Source: Dimorphilus gyrociliatus | Taxonomy: Eukaryota > Animalia > Annelida | Direction: 5' to 3' | Assembly: GCA_904063045.1 (NCBI GenBank) | Contig: CAJFCJ010000003.1 | Coordinates: 682,001 to 746,000, forward strand | Length of the DNA: 64,000 nucleotides | In this document: positions 51,492-64,000 of the stretch, piece after piece | Layout of the letters: each line of letters begins with the position of its first letter | Position numbering within the stretch: the stretch's first letter is position 1 | Position numbers and translations under genes: made by a program | The notes under the pieces: generated by a model | Databases searched by the model: none | Told to the model about the DNA's origin: nothing | What the model saw: the letters and a program-made list of their open reading frames with translations, nothing else

Positions 51492-51897
51492 CGTATGTAT
51501 GTAAATGTATAACTGTAAATTTATTTTTTGTTTTGTTTACATTTTTTTTTCTGTTAGTATTGCCTTTTGAAAAGGAAAACAGCAGAAATGTTCTGCAAAG
51601 ATGCCATGACTTAATGTAATCCAGTGGAAAAACAGTAAAAATACAATTTAAACTTTATATATTAAAATAACTCACTATTTTCAAATAATTCTTTAAAACT
51701 ATTATCATTAATTATTCATTCTATTGATAAGTAAAATGCAGCTTGCAATAGGTTCTTCTGATAATCCACAATTTAAGATTCTTTCCTTATTGATCTCTTT
51801 ATAAAGTTAAATTTGTGGCGCAAACCGGATACAGTTTTCTCAAATATGACCGCTGTCATGTGATCCTTTTCAGTTAAAGCATCTGTTATTCGGTACG

Positions 51898-54800
51898 ATG
51901 AATGACGATAAATCCGACGATAAACTATTTGAAGGTCAGTTAGATAATTTACTTAATCATTAAATAATAGAGCATTCCTTAGGTCTCGTCTCTGGACTTT
52001 TGGATAGTTTGTCGGATACGAATTACAACTTTATAAAAACAGTAGAAAACTCTTTAAAATCTATAGGTTCAAGAGAGACTGAGCGAACTATTCAACTTAT
52101 CATAAATTATATTACTAAAAGACCGGAAGTAAGTAATTGGGAAAATAAATTCAAATTATCTGTAACGGTATTTAAAAGAATTATTTATAAAACTATATGG
52201 ACTGCTAGTAATAAACAGAATATCGGCTGTTAAGAGATTGTTAACAAATCTATTATTCAATATTGAATTGTGCAGAATAAACCTATGATTAAGACTCACA
52301 AGTTTCGTCGTACAACCTATATATATATATATATATATATATGCATATATTATCATTGACAGATACCAGCAAAACATAAGGCATCTATATTTACATCTGT
52401 AGAAAGAATACTAGAAGATGCAGAGGATATATCGGATGATGTTCAAAAACCATTAATTGATTTTTTGCATAAGGAAATAAGCGAGGTTCTAGTTTTATTT
52501 TATATTTTATCCAACTGTGGTTAATTGATTAAATTCATTTCTTATTTATTGATAAATTAAGAAACAAACTAAGGATCAAGAATGGTCATCATCGGCGAGT
52601 CGAGTTTTTATTGTTCTAAGCAGGAAGAACTGCAACGAAGTAGGGAGATATTACAATAAATCTATTATATTTTATTAGAATATTTTGTTATTAACGATTC
52701 ATTTTTCATCTTTAATAAAGATTATGGAAAATCTTATGTCAAAATTCGAACCTGGTATAAATCCGAATATTATCATTTTAGAAACTTTTGGAGATATGGC
52801 TTTAGCAAATGGTTTTATCTATTATTATTATTACTATGCAATTATTACACTGATAATGATATTCTCTCTTATTTTCATCAGCAAGGGGAATGATACCTTT
52901 TGTATCTGTCATTATGGACACCTTATTACCTCTATTCTCTAACAAAAAATCAGATGTAAAATTGAAGCTTGCCCTCTTATCGCTCTTTGGAAAGTTTGCC
53001 GAGTCTTTATTGGATTACACATCTATGGATGATATTGATCCAAACGTTAGCAAATCGTCGTTTTCGAGCAAATTCTTTTCAGTTATTACAAGTATTCATG
53101 GGTGGTTGCCGAATAGCCGAGATGAGCAGGTTTGTTATTGGCTATCCATCTCCTTTAACTCTCAATATTCTTCCATCATAACAGTTGATCGTCTCTATAT
53201 TATATAATGCTGGTTTAATGGCCAGAGCTTTAAATATCGACGATATAAATAACATATTACAGAAATTAATTACCTGTTTTAATAGCTATGATAAAAAATA
53301 CCCGGAATGTGTTAAAATTAAACAGGTAAGTTTATTATATATTATAAAATGTATTTAAATCTGAATATCTTTCTATAAATGATTAACTTTATAATTGTTT
53401 TTATAATAAAAGGGATTTCAAAATGTACTTCTATCTGCAACTGAAGATTGTACGGAGGAAAGTTCACCAATGACTCAGCATTTAGATTCAACTTTAAATA
53501 TACTTTTTCAGCAGGTAATATTTAATTTTCTCTATTTAAATTTTAACGAATAAGATAGTTAAAGTTAATTAAACTTTCCTCTTATTATTTTTCTTTTAGA
53601 TGTTAAGATGTTGCAGTTCAAAAACAGCTGAACAAAAGATACATATATCAAAGAATGTTAATGAAATATTAAGATCTTTTGGTGTTTTGGCAGTTATTTT
53701 TACAAAAACAACTATACATTATATTCTATCAAAAATAGACCATTCAACATTGGAGAATATATTCATTGCAGCATTTTCAATATTAAAACACCTTGTTAAT
53801 TGCGCAGGTATAAAATTGGCTTTTGCTTTTGTTTATTATATTTATTAAAAATTCATCTATTTTATATTTAGGAGAACAAATCAAGAAAGAGAGTCTTGAA
53901 GAAAATATAGCTCAGGTTACAAAAGGTCTGACAGTTGGCAATAAAAGTACAAAAGTAGGATTCTGAGAAATACGCTTATTGTCTTTTATTCTATTTTATT
54001 CTCCTTTATAAAAATTAGATCAAAAAATATTTGATACATTTAATTGCTACCCTCGTAACTCATGGCTATTTAGATATGGAAGGAAATCTAGTATTGTTGG
54101 ATTATATGGTTTTGCATTCGGCTGTACGCTTGCATCTACTCACTATTCATCTTTTTTTATTTAATTTCTTTACATACAGACTCCTTGCACTGACAACAAT
54201 GAACTTGTGACCTTATCTCATCTATGCATGAATGTACTTCAAGTAATGGCTTGTACTCAAAAAGATTTAAAAGCAATCTTATCTCCTTATATGCTCCAAT
54301 ACATTGTGATGGAACCTTATCAGCATGCTCTACACAATGTTTGCACAACTATAGCAGCCTTTCTGGCACCGAATGAAGACGAGGCTGTTCAAGTATTTGA
54401 CTTGAGTCAAAGTAGCATAGCTAGATCTTGCGCCCTTCTACCACGATTTCTTGTATATCTTGGAGGTTTCTCGTTCAAATCTCAGCAAGATGCTCACGCT
54501 GCGATAACAGTTTTAAAATTATTAAAATTATTATCACCATCCCTTCATTTAAGACTGATAACCTTATGGAATGGTAAAATACCTGAATTGATCAAATTTA
54601 TTGAAGGTTATACTAATTTTACTTATCTCGTTTATCACCCTATATAGTACACATTCAATAATTTCTTTTATAGATAACATGGATAAATTAACAAATCAAA
54701 ACAATGACGATATTTATAACGAATGGCAAAATAATATTGGAATGGTACGAATATTCTTTCTAAGCATTTATATTTCGAATATTAGATAAATGGCTAGTTT

Positions 54801-55700
54801 CTTTTTCTTTATAGTTATTTAGAAAATCTTTAGAAGAAATAAGTAACGAAGTTTTTGTTCTAACGGTGATTGAAAGTATGAAAAATCAATTCTCTTTATG
54901 TTCAGTATCAAAGTATCAAAGGATTATTTGGTTTAAATGTTTCGCTTATTGTTTATACTGCTGTCACGCCAATAGCAGTACAATTATAACAAACTGTTTG
55001 AATTTTATGATTGAACACGTTAATCAAACTGATAAAGAAGAGAGAACGGTAAATATCTATCTATCATATAATGAAATTTTATCGTTTTCAATATTTAAAT
55101 GTCTTCTCTATAGGCATGTTCATCGGCTGTAGGAATTGTTGCATCCTCGCATATTGATCTGGTTTTTAGCCGTATTCAAAGTTTATATGAGAATGAAAAG
55201 AAAAATAGTTTTGTTGAATTCTTTAAAGTAGAGTATTTTGCTGTATATTTAGAAACTTACTTATTACTTTTTATTTATCCAAAATAGGAAAATTTTCAGT
55301 CGAAAGTTGAATATGGAAGAATAACTTTGTTACTTTGTCTTGCTCATTCAATTCAAAATTCACCTGTAACGAATACTTTATTATTAATTGAAACAAGATT
55401 CTTAAGAATAATAATACCTTTACTAAAACAAAAATTAAAATTAGACAATTCAATGAAATGGTGTTTAATTGAATGTTGTAGAATAATAGCTGATTCTTTA
55501 CATCCAAATAAAAAGTTACCACGATCTTTGGAAATTGTTCATAAAAAAGCTCTCTTGGAATTTGTTCTGGTAAAGCTATTATTCCTTTCTTTTTATAGTT
55601 TTCTTCATTATTTTTCTTTCTTTTGCAGAGAATAATGAAAGAAGCGCCAAGTTTAATTGCTGATTGTTTAAGAGCATTAATCTCTCTTATGTATATTTTT

Positions 55701-55732
<32 letters not shown>

Positions 55733-58683
55733 CATATATACTGTATATGTACTGTTTATTATTTATTTTCTCTTATTTAGACGACTACCTCCAATTTTAC
55801 CTGGTGAACAATTTAATGATTTATTATTAGTTTCCTTTACAAATGTTCTAAATGCAACTACCGGTAATTTAATATTAAATTTTAAAATAGATATTCTAAT
55901 TCGATTTTCTTCGTTAAAACCTAATATTAGATGAAAAGAACAAAGAAGAGAAGAGTGAAGATTATAATCAACTATTAACAGAGGAAAAATTAAATAATGA
56001 AATTACCGACTTATTTCAAGAACTTTTAAAATTAACTGTTGAACACGACGGTTCAAGTTCAAGCGCAATGATGTTATGCGATGTAAGTATATCATATATA
56101 CTGTATATAAGAAAAGTAACAGTAATTTTAGCATCATCTCTTTAAACTAATTAGCATATTGGAAGTCAATTGTTAACGAAGAATGATTTTAGAAGGCAGA
56201 AAACTATGCATCTATATAATGGTCTTTTATTAAATGCGAACCATTCACTCTTGGTATATGAGAAGCTTTAAGAATAGAAAAATAAGATATTAATGTAATA
56301 AATTGCTAAATTTAGGTTGACGATGATGTTAGAACGAAATTAATTGGTATAACAATTCCAAGATGCTCGGATTCCGTTGACGAAATTAAGGAATACGCTC
56401 ATAAAAGTATGATGAAATTGGTCTGTTCAAAAGCAGATTATTTGGGTAAAAATGAAATTATATTAATATATCTTTAATTTATTTCTTTTTCTTTTCCTTC
56501 TTAATTAATAGATCAATTAGAAAATAATCAATTTTTTAGAGTCTATTCAGAATTGTATTTGACAAAAGATCCCTCTGAAAAGTATAAAGCGTCATCTAAT
56601 TTAGCTTTGGTAAGGTTTATTATAATCTTTTAATTCTCTCCTTTCTATATTTTAATTTATTCTTTACAGTCAATATGTGACCTATTGGCTCCAAGAGAAT
56701 TAACTTATTTGATACATTATTTATTACCATCTCTTTCTGATCCCTGCGAAGAGAGTCAAGCTGGAGTATCAGTTTGTTTAAACACGATTTTTAAGACGAA
56801 ACCTTTAGACTTGGAAATTGGAGCCGTTGTTGGACATTTAGTTTCTAAACTTGCAGCTTGCAGTGAATCAACTAGACTGAGCTGTTAGTATAAGAGGATT
56901 CTTATATTAAATCACTATATACTGTTTTATTTTAGGTTTATCATCTATAAAAACATTGGCTAGCAGACATTTACATATAACTCTGGAATGTTTACTTTTG
57001 GGTGAACCATCCGAAAGTATAAAAGGTGTTTGGGGAACATTGGCAACTGATAGTAGTTTATCCAGTCATGTACTTGATTATTTCGTTGATGCTATTGTTA
57101 GACAACCTCCTCATCATATGCAGCATTCTGTTCGCATTTAAATTGATTGCATATAGCTTCGGGTTGCAAAAGATTAACTTATTAACGTTATTGCAGATCG
57201 CCTATGCTCTTTTAGAAATGTTACAAGCTAATGAAATTAAACCAACCGCAATCGATAACTTCTCAAAGATATTTTCATCTTTACTAGTCTATTTGGGAAG
57301 TTTATGCTTTATCTTTAAGGTTTACACTAAAACCATTCTTTAATAATTAATTGATAACAAACGTATCCAATTCTTCTAATTAGCATGAAAACTATTCAAG
57401 ACATAACAATAAGGAAGATGATAGGGATTATGTAGTATTTATATCTAGAGCTACCTCTACAATGACATCGTTATTTAGAGCTGTGGGGGCAGATGGATTA
57501 TTGGATTATGTTAAAGAGTATTCACTCTTTGCAAATTTCTTGAATGGTAATTTTGTAACTGGGATTGCTGCTCTATCGGGGTAGGTATAAAGACAGTGAA
57601 AATAGATGCTCTATCCTTACTATATTACTAAGTCAATGATTACTCAATTTTAGGGCTTTATCTACCTTCGAATATTCTTACGTTCCCAAATGTTCGAACT
57701 GTTTACAAAGTGCTTTAACTGCCGTACACGACTCTCATAGAATAACTGCAGCAATATTCTTTTCGGAGGTTAATTATTCAATATTTATAAGATAATTGAT
57801 TTAATTTTCCTACTTTATTATAATGCAGATTTTAGGGACAGAGTGCATTATTCGTGATGATCAATTGTTTGAGATTATATCAAATAACCTCCTGTCGCGA
57901 TTAGAAGATCCTTGCCACGATGTTCGAATAGCTTGTATGAAAGGATTAGGTTTCATTTCTAAGAACGAGGATATTTTACATTCAAAGAGTTCTACTGTTC
58001 TATCAGCTTTGATGATAGCAATGGATGATAAAAGTCCACATATTAGTCACGCTGCTATTTGTTCTCTGCAACTGGTTTTATCATCGTCCATGGCTGAAGA
58101 TGTTAGACCTATTATTATAAATATTGCCGTAAAAGTTAAATGTTGCTTTGAATCGGAATTCGAATTCATTAGAGCGAGTGCATTCCTTCTCTATGCACAT
58201 TTGGCCAAATTCAGAGATGCGGAAACGACAAAATTGCTGACAGACGTTTTTAACGGAAGCTTTGTAACGCTTCTTGTCCATGTTAATGATCCTTGCGAAA
58301 TGGCAAAAAAAAATTGTCAGCAGGCGCTCAAAGAATTAGTTCCACTATTACCAAGCGTTCAATTAACAACAATGTTCGCTAAATGTATGGACAATGATTT
58401 GCACTATGGAGAATTTATGAATAGTGTCGCTAAAATAATAGTTGACGATCTCGGTAACAAATTAACCGTTTTCCTCCAACAAGGAGCAACTTATACTAAA
58501 AGTTCTGTAAGGAATATTAGAGCAGCTGCATTAATGTTTTGCGGTTTTATCCTAAAGCATTGTAAAGATCGTAGTAATTTACCGGTTGACGTAGTTTCTC
58601 AAACTGTATTACAAGCTCTTAAAGACCAAGATACAGTTGTTAGATTAAAAGCAGCTGAAGTTTGTGAGTTCATTTTATGTTAA
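51898..58683 (+). CDS. MROH1: Maestro heat-like repeat protein (MROH1/HEATR7A-like), many short exons; first exons 51898-51934, 51971-52128, 52363-52485, 52562-52639, 52721-52811, 52882-53129; last long exon ends 58683
   Basis: The spliced N-terminus LVSGLLDSLSDT..TVENSLKSIG / EWSSSASRVFIVL / FEPGINPNIIILETFGDMALANARGMIPFV..LLP / GWL resembles MROH1. C-terminal HEAT repeats RLEDPCHDVRIACMKGLG, LLVHVNDP and ALKDQDTVVRLKAAE. I did not trace every middle exon. Confidence 0.8.
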
Positions 58684-58999
58684 TTGAAGCTGTGACATTA
58701 TTCTTTTGTTTTTTAACCGATTTAGCTTAACTTCGTTTTAATTATAAAGAAAACAATACAAAATATGTTTGTTTTTTTTTATTATCAATTTCTATAAATA
58801 GACTTTACACCATATTTGAAATAAATATGCAAAAAATTAATTAGTTCATTAGCATATATTCAATATAGAAAAAATTAGAATATGAATATTCATTTCTTTT
58901 GTTTTATTTTCAAAAACAGAATAAAAGTTAAAAATAGAAAATAGAATTTTTTTAAAAACCAATATAAACAATCATTATAATAAGTTAATTTAATAGACT

Positions 59000-60858
59000 A
59001 TGCCTAAGTCGTTAAAATGCAGAAATAAGGTAATATTACACTAATTATACTATAATATATATACTGTATATATGTACAATATACTTGTTAATATATCTAT
59101 ATACTTTCTCATTAACAATAATTGCTTTTGAATTTAGATAGCTACTAGTTTAAATGAGAATTCCCACTTATATCATATAGATAGATATTTATATACATAT
59201 ACTGTACTTGAGCTAGTCTAAGGATTTTAATATAAATGTACACTAGGCCTAGTTTTAAATTTGAGACTATTATCTAGGTACTTTTACTATGAATGTACAG
59301 TATATTGAATGTATAGCACGTATAAAATATCATTTAAATAGATAATGTAAAGAGTCTTTGCTACATAAAATGTAAATGCTATCAGAAAAAATATGACTTT
59401 GGGGGGCGATGGAACTTTAACGGTGATGCTAATGGCGACGATGATGATTGTATACTAAGAAAGAGCGATATTGTTGAAAATGGTTGGAAAGTTTTAAGAA
59501 AACTAGGTGGAGGTAGTTTCGGTCAAGTATACGAAATTAGAAAAGGATCGCAAATGTGCGCAATAAAAGTAGAAGGTATCAAAGGTACTGAAAAACAGAG
59601 GCCCTCTTTAAAAAGGGAATTTGATATAATTCGAAGGATTGAAAGAAAATATAAAGAATATAGTAATGGAGATATCAAGTTTCCTGTCAATGTTGAATTT
59701 AATCGTTTTTGCTATCTCAAAGGGTTTAGTGTTGAATTAGAGGACGATGATTATAAGGATTGGAAACATGGAGGTACTCCTATTAATCATAATAAATTCA
59801 TAGCGTATTATTATATAATTATGGAGTTAATGGGTCGAAATTTAACTGATCTTAGGAGAAACGAACCCGATCAAAAGTTTGGAATCTATACAATCAGTTA
59901 TTTGGCTTTGGAGACTTTTAAAGCGATAAAAACCCTTCACGCCATTGGTTTTGTTCATAGAGATATAAAACCATCGAATTTTGTTCTTGGAAAGTCAAGA
60001 AATCGCGAAATTTTTCTTGTTGACTTCGGTTTAGCTTATACATTTGGAAGATTAACCAAAGTTCTCTCAGGGAAAAGAGTTTTATCCACTTATCCTCCCC
60101 ATTTCGATTATGTTAATCCAGAGAGAAGAAACGGTGCTGGATTTAGGGGTACTGTTAGATATGCTTCACTAAGAGCCCATAGGGAGGAGTATCTCTCTTA
60201 CCAGGATGATCTAATCAGTTGGTTTTATATGCTTATTGAAATGAGTACCGGAGCTCTTCCTTGGAGAAAGGTTAAGAAAAGGAAAGACGTCCAAAAAATA
60301 AAGGAAAAATATATTAATGTTAATAATCTATTAATATTCTCTTTGCATGATGAAAATGGTCGACTAGGAGAATCGTATAATTTATACGAAGTTCCCGACA
60401 AATTACAACCAACATTTAAGCATATCTATAAAAGAATAATGAATATTAATATCAGAGATCCTATAGATATGGATTCTAATTTTTCAGTTGATCCAACAGA
60501 ACCGCCAAATCCCCGTTCTCAAAATAATTATACCGAGATTGAACTACTCCTCATAAAATTAAGAAACTCTATCGGAAATATGAAAAATATAGAAAGAAAA
60601 CTAGACTGGGAATCGAGAACAAATAGCCAATTTGATAAACTCAATTCAACTAACTCTGTTGGAGCAGTGGTTGAATATAACGGGTATTCAAAAATGAATT
60701 TAGTAATTCCCCCTAGCGAAATCGTTGATGTTGATGAATCAAGAGATGATTCAAAGGCACCAAGGAGATATAGTCAAAAAGTTGCATTACCCAATCAACG
60801 CTTTATACTTCATAGAATAAAACCAATGATAGATAGAAACGAATCGCTCACTAAATGA
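59000..60858 (+). CDS. Tau-tubulin kinase-like (CK1 group) Ser/Thr kinase; proposed exons 59000-59029 and 59386-60858
   Basis: The frame is open upstream of the ORF-track Met and contains the Gly-rich loop (WKVLRKLGGGSFGQVY). Motifs AIKVE, LMGRNLTDLRR, HRDIKPSNF, DFGLA, GFRGTVRYAS, DDLISWFYML and GALPWRK are TTBK-like. The start exon is inferred from AAG|GTAATA and ATCAG|AAA (phase 0). Confidence 0.8.
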
Positions 60859-61141
60859 ATATAGAACCTATTAATAACAATAATATAAAACTAGGCCTAT
60901 TCCTTAAAATATACTAGATAAATTCATTAATAAATCTACTATGGCAAAAAATTAAACAATTGATATCTCCTTAATATTGATTAAACATGTGTAGCATAGG
61001 GAGAATAAATTATTCAATTCACACCTTTACAGTAGCAATCTATTCAATATGTTCAATCAACTCGATAATTTATATATAAATTTATAAACGAAAGAGTTTA
61101 ATGTTGTGGGGAAGAATATATCTTCTATAAAAGAGAGAAGC

Positions 61142-61145
<4 letters not shown>

Positions 61146-61186
<41 letters not shown>
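61146..61186. repeat. (AG)n microsatellite
   Basis: Read directly; between the kinase and CFAP276 3' ends. Confidence 0.95.
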
Positions 61187-61190
<4 letters not shown>

Positions 61191-61523
61191 TAAAAATTGG
61201 ATTGAAAAATGACTGAAAATCATATTAATTTTTAAATGAATCATTATTTATTCATTTGGCCCAAACTTTTTGCATTTACTGAATAAAATAAATGATTAAA
61301 ATGAAAATAGAAATACTGCAGAAGATGTCAAAAATCAACTATATATATATATATATATATACATATAGTTAAAACTAATATATGAATGTTTATTTTCTTA
61401 TCTGTTAATACTTCTTTTATAATCCTTTCATAGCTTTATAAATAAATGTAGAATTATTTTTTTTGTCGATTCTTTTTAAAAGATTTTCTGCATTCTCAAA
61501 TAATCGTCTTTTTACACTTCTTT

Positions 61524-62863
61524 CTATTTTATGTAAAATCCTCCATCCGGTTTTCTATTATAACCTCTTTTAGTTGCTTGAGAATGATGGCCTTCTGTTT
61601 AAATAGAAAATAAAAGAGGTTCAAGAAAAAATTTATTGATTTATCTTTAATCTCTTTTTTTCGAATAAAAAGAAATGAAGAATATTGTAAATATACAATT
61701 TATAAATACAAACCTATGGCGCATTTAATGCTATTTGGACTCTCTTTAAATTCTGCTGAAGCAGATTTTAGTGGATGATTCAAATCTAATGCAGCGGGAG
61801 GTTGTTCAACAACTCTGTTCTTCAAAACTCTCCTGTTTTAATATAATTATATTATTCTATACGTTTCTTTATTTATTATTTATAGAGATATTTAAAAATA
61901 CCAGTTAAACAAATTTCTTTTAATCAATTTATCTTAAATTTTCTCACGTAAAGACAATCCCTTTTTCATATACACACTCAAACACACACACACATATATA
62001 TATATATACAGTTCGCCCCTTTCTCTCTCACTCTCGCTCTCATTCTTCATTTATATCTATGACAAGGCTTAGGCCTACTATTTAAATACTTTCTTCCATT
62101 ATCTTGAGAAAAAATGTTAAATATCATTAATTATAAGAAATGATCCCATTGATAGAAAATAATATATAATTCACTTTTTAGAATATAAACGAGTTTTTTC
62201 ACCCTTTGATTTTCATTATAGAATGATTTATAAATTGTTTACAAAAAAACCCTGGTAGTTACGCCTTCCGTTATATCAATAAAGGAAATAATTTCACTTA
62301 ATGTTTATAAAATGCATTTATATTCTATTTGTTCTAACGAAAGCGAGAATAAAGGTTAATGGAACCTTTATTTAAATCTTGAATTATGTTTCCTTACACT
62401 CTTTTTCACATTCATTAATAAACTCAATCGATTAAACTTCTTCGATTTAAGCCATTTGAAAGAAAAGAACGTTTTCTACTGTGACATACGTACCCGTTTT
62501 GTTGTCCTAAAGTCTCGGGTTGAAAGAGCGTTTCATTCTTTCCTTTCAACCATTCTCTATGATGGTCGTAGTCTGCTTTTAAGACAAAGTCCAAAGAATC
62601 CCTTGGAGCTTTTGGATCGTAATTGTAGACCTCACGTCTGGTTGAAGACAACGTTCCGGAACAGTTTAATCTGTTCCAAGGATCTTGTTTTTGATCCAAA
62701 TGTGTTGGTTGGGTGTATGCTTCTTTCTGTTATTTAAAAATAAAACTTTTAAATTGTCAATTAATTCCGATCTAAACTAATTTACCTTATAACTCCTTAG
62801 ACCAGCAAAGTCATTATCATTTTCGTAGGATGGATAAGGATAAGGATTACGTAAAGATGTCAT
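61524..62863 (-). CDS. CFAP276: Ciliary microtubule inner protein CFAP276 (C1orf194)-like; exons 62863-62786, 62726-62494, 61832-61714, 61594-61524; 166 aa
   Basis: The spliced protein MTSLRNPYPYPSYENDNDFAG..YTQPTHLDQKQDPWNRLN..TLSSTRREVYNYDP.AP.DSLDF.L...YDHH..KESPNSIKCAI.GHHS.AT.RGYNRKPDGGFY matches the recalled C1orf194 motif order. All junctions are GT-AG and in phase (501 nt). Confidence 0.85.
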
Positions 62864-63158
62864 TTTCACTTCTTATTATCTTTCCTCGCAAACTTTTCCT
62901 TAGGCACTAAAGCTTTTCTTTGCAACCAAGGATACGCGTAGCCCCGCACTTAATATAAACTATAAATTCTACAACATTGACAAAAATTATTTGTTGAATG
63001 GTATTTTTGATATAATGAATTAATCCATAAAGAATATTTTTTTATAAAATTATTTTAGAGACTTTTACTTTAATTTATACGTAAATAGTAAGATGGCGCC
63101 ATAGTAATATAGCATTTGGAAGATTTTACCGGAAATTAAAATAACTAACAAGACCAAG

Positions 63159-64000
63159 ATGACAAATCATGAAAATTGGATGGGAAACTTACCCGACAAG
63201 TTTCATAATATGCCACTAAATAAGATTGCTATTCCAGGTTTAGAAATTATACTTCTTTCGATTTAAATAGGCAATGGAAATCGTTAGAAAAAAGTTAATA
63301 TTTAATCAGAATTGAAATTTCTATATAAAATAAATTATAAACTGCTCAAACATGATACTATTATAATTATTTTACAGGATCTCATAACTCCAGTTCAAGC
63401 ACATTGAAAAAATCAAATAATATATCCCCTGATCAGCCATCAGCAATAAAAAACTTAGGGACTTTTGTGAAACCTATTGTTTATAACTGGTCAGTTTGTC
63501 AGGACAAGAGTATCACGGATCAATTAAAATTAGGAATAAGATATTTAGACATAAGAGTCTGTACTAATGGAAACACCGATGAACTCTTTACTTTCCATGG
63601 TCTATTTAGTCAAACTATTGAATCATTGCTGATAGAAGTTCGAGAATTTTTAGAAAATCATTCAAAGGAAGTAGTATTCTTAGATTTTAATCACTTCTGT
63701 GAAGTATCTAATGATCAGCATGAGAAATTGGTAAAAATGATAGAAGACTATATGAATCCTTTCATATCCGTGAGTAATTATACCATTGAGAGTATTTGTT
63801 TAAATGGCTTATGGGAAAAGAAAATCCAAGCTCTCGTCTTTTATCAAAGTGAAAAGGTCAAAAACTGTAAATTTTTGACGAGAAATTCTATAATTAGTCC
63901 TTGGGCTAATACAGAGGAATTTGAAGAACTACTCCCATACCTTCAAATTATGCTGGAAGATGATAGTAGAAAGGATCGTTTTCACGTTTGTCAAATGATT
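63159..64000 (+). CDS. PI-PLC X domain-containing protein (PLCXD2/3-like), 5' part (exons 63159-63237, 63378->64000); absent from the ORF track
   Basis: NWMGNLP...IAIP|GSHNS, WSVCQ, DQLKLGIRYLDIR, FHGL, FLENHSKEVVFLDFNH, SPWANT, FHVCQ. Both catalytic His are present. Phase-1 intron 63238-63377; the frame is open to the window end. Confidence 0.9.

Noticed and set aside
52000-58683. ORF-track fragments 52000 to 57823 as separate genes
   Set aside because: The fragments I traced join through phase-consistent GT-AG introns into one HEAT-repeat protein (MROH1).
62922-62935. GCAACCAAGGATAC as an RFX X-box for ciliary CFAP276
   Set aside because: Only the right half fits. The left half has two mismatches to GTTRCC, so it is too weak without a matrix scan.
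1-64000. Prokaryotic systems (operons, CRISPR, defence islands) and GTG/TTG-started ORFs as independent genes
   Set aside because: Spliceosomal introns and animal-specific genes show the DNA is eukaryotic. Most track ORFs are exon fragments. I saw no repeat-spacer array.
1-64000. Intact transposons, tRNA or rRNA genes
   Set aside because: No transposase or RT ORF, long terminal repeats or cloverleaf was seen by eye. tRNAscan-SE, Infernal and RepeatModeler would be needed to exclude short elements.

Overview
Eukaryotic, very AT-rich, gene-dense animal DNA with GT-AG introns (many only 60-150 bp) and abundant (GA)n/(TA)n microsatellites. It looks like a compact invertebrate genome, plausibly a lophotrochozoan; the species cannot be determined from this window. 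The ORF track breaks genes into exon fragments, so I rebuilt gene models by hand from splice sites and reading-frame phase. In order: 5' end of an SLC22-type transporter (-); a secreted, catalytically degenerate PI-PLC X-domain protein (+); an orphan type II membrane protein (+); a two-TM NIT-domain guanylyl cyclase (-); a ~1410-aa multi-C2H2 zinc-finger protein (+); agrin (+, 12 exons, ~1740 aa); ZNF367 (+); MROH1 (+); a TTBK/CK1-like kinase (+); CFAP276/C1orf194 (-); and the 5' part of a canonical PLCXD (+). Main leads: (1) agrin appears to have three N-termini: secreted NtA, a phase-compatible intronic type II transmembrane exon like vertebrate TM-agrin, and a possible short signal-peptide start before follistatin domain 2. 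(2) The NIT-GC has lost the arginines of the NIT motif. (3) Recurrent TA-CAG-TA/TA-CTG-TA words in TA tracts match Tc1/mariner excision footprints. (4) CTCF-like motifs recur near promoters and in agrin introns. I found no rRNA, tRNA, CRISPR array or transposase ORF.
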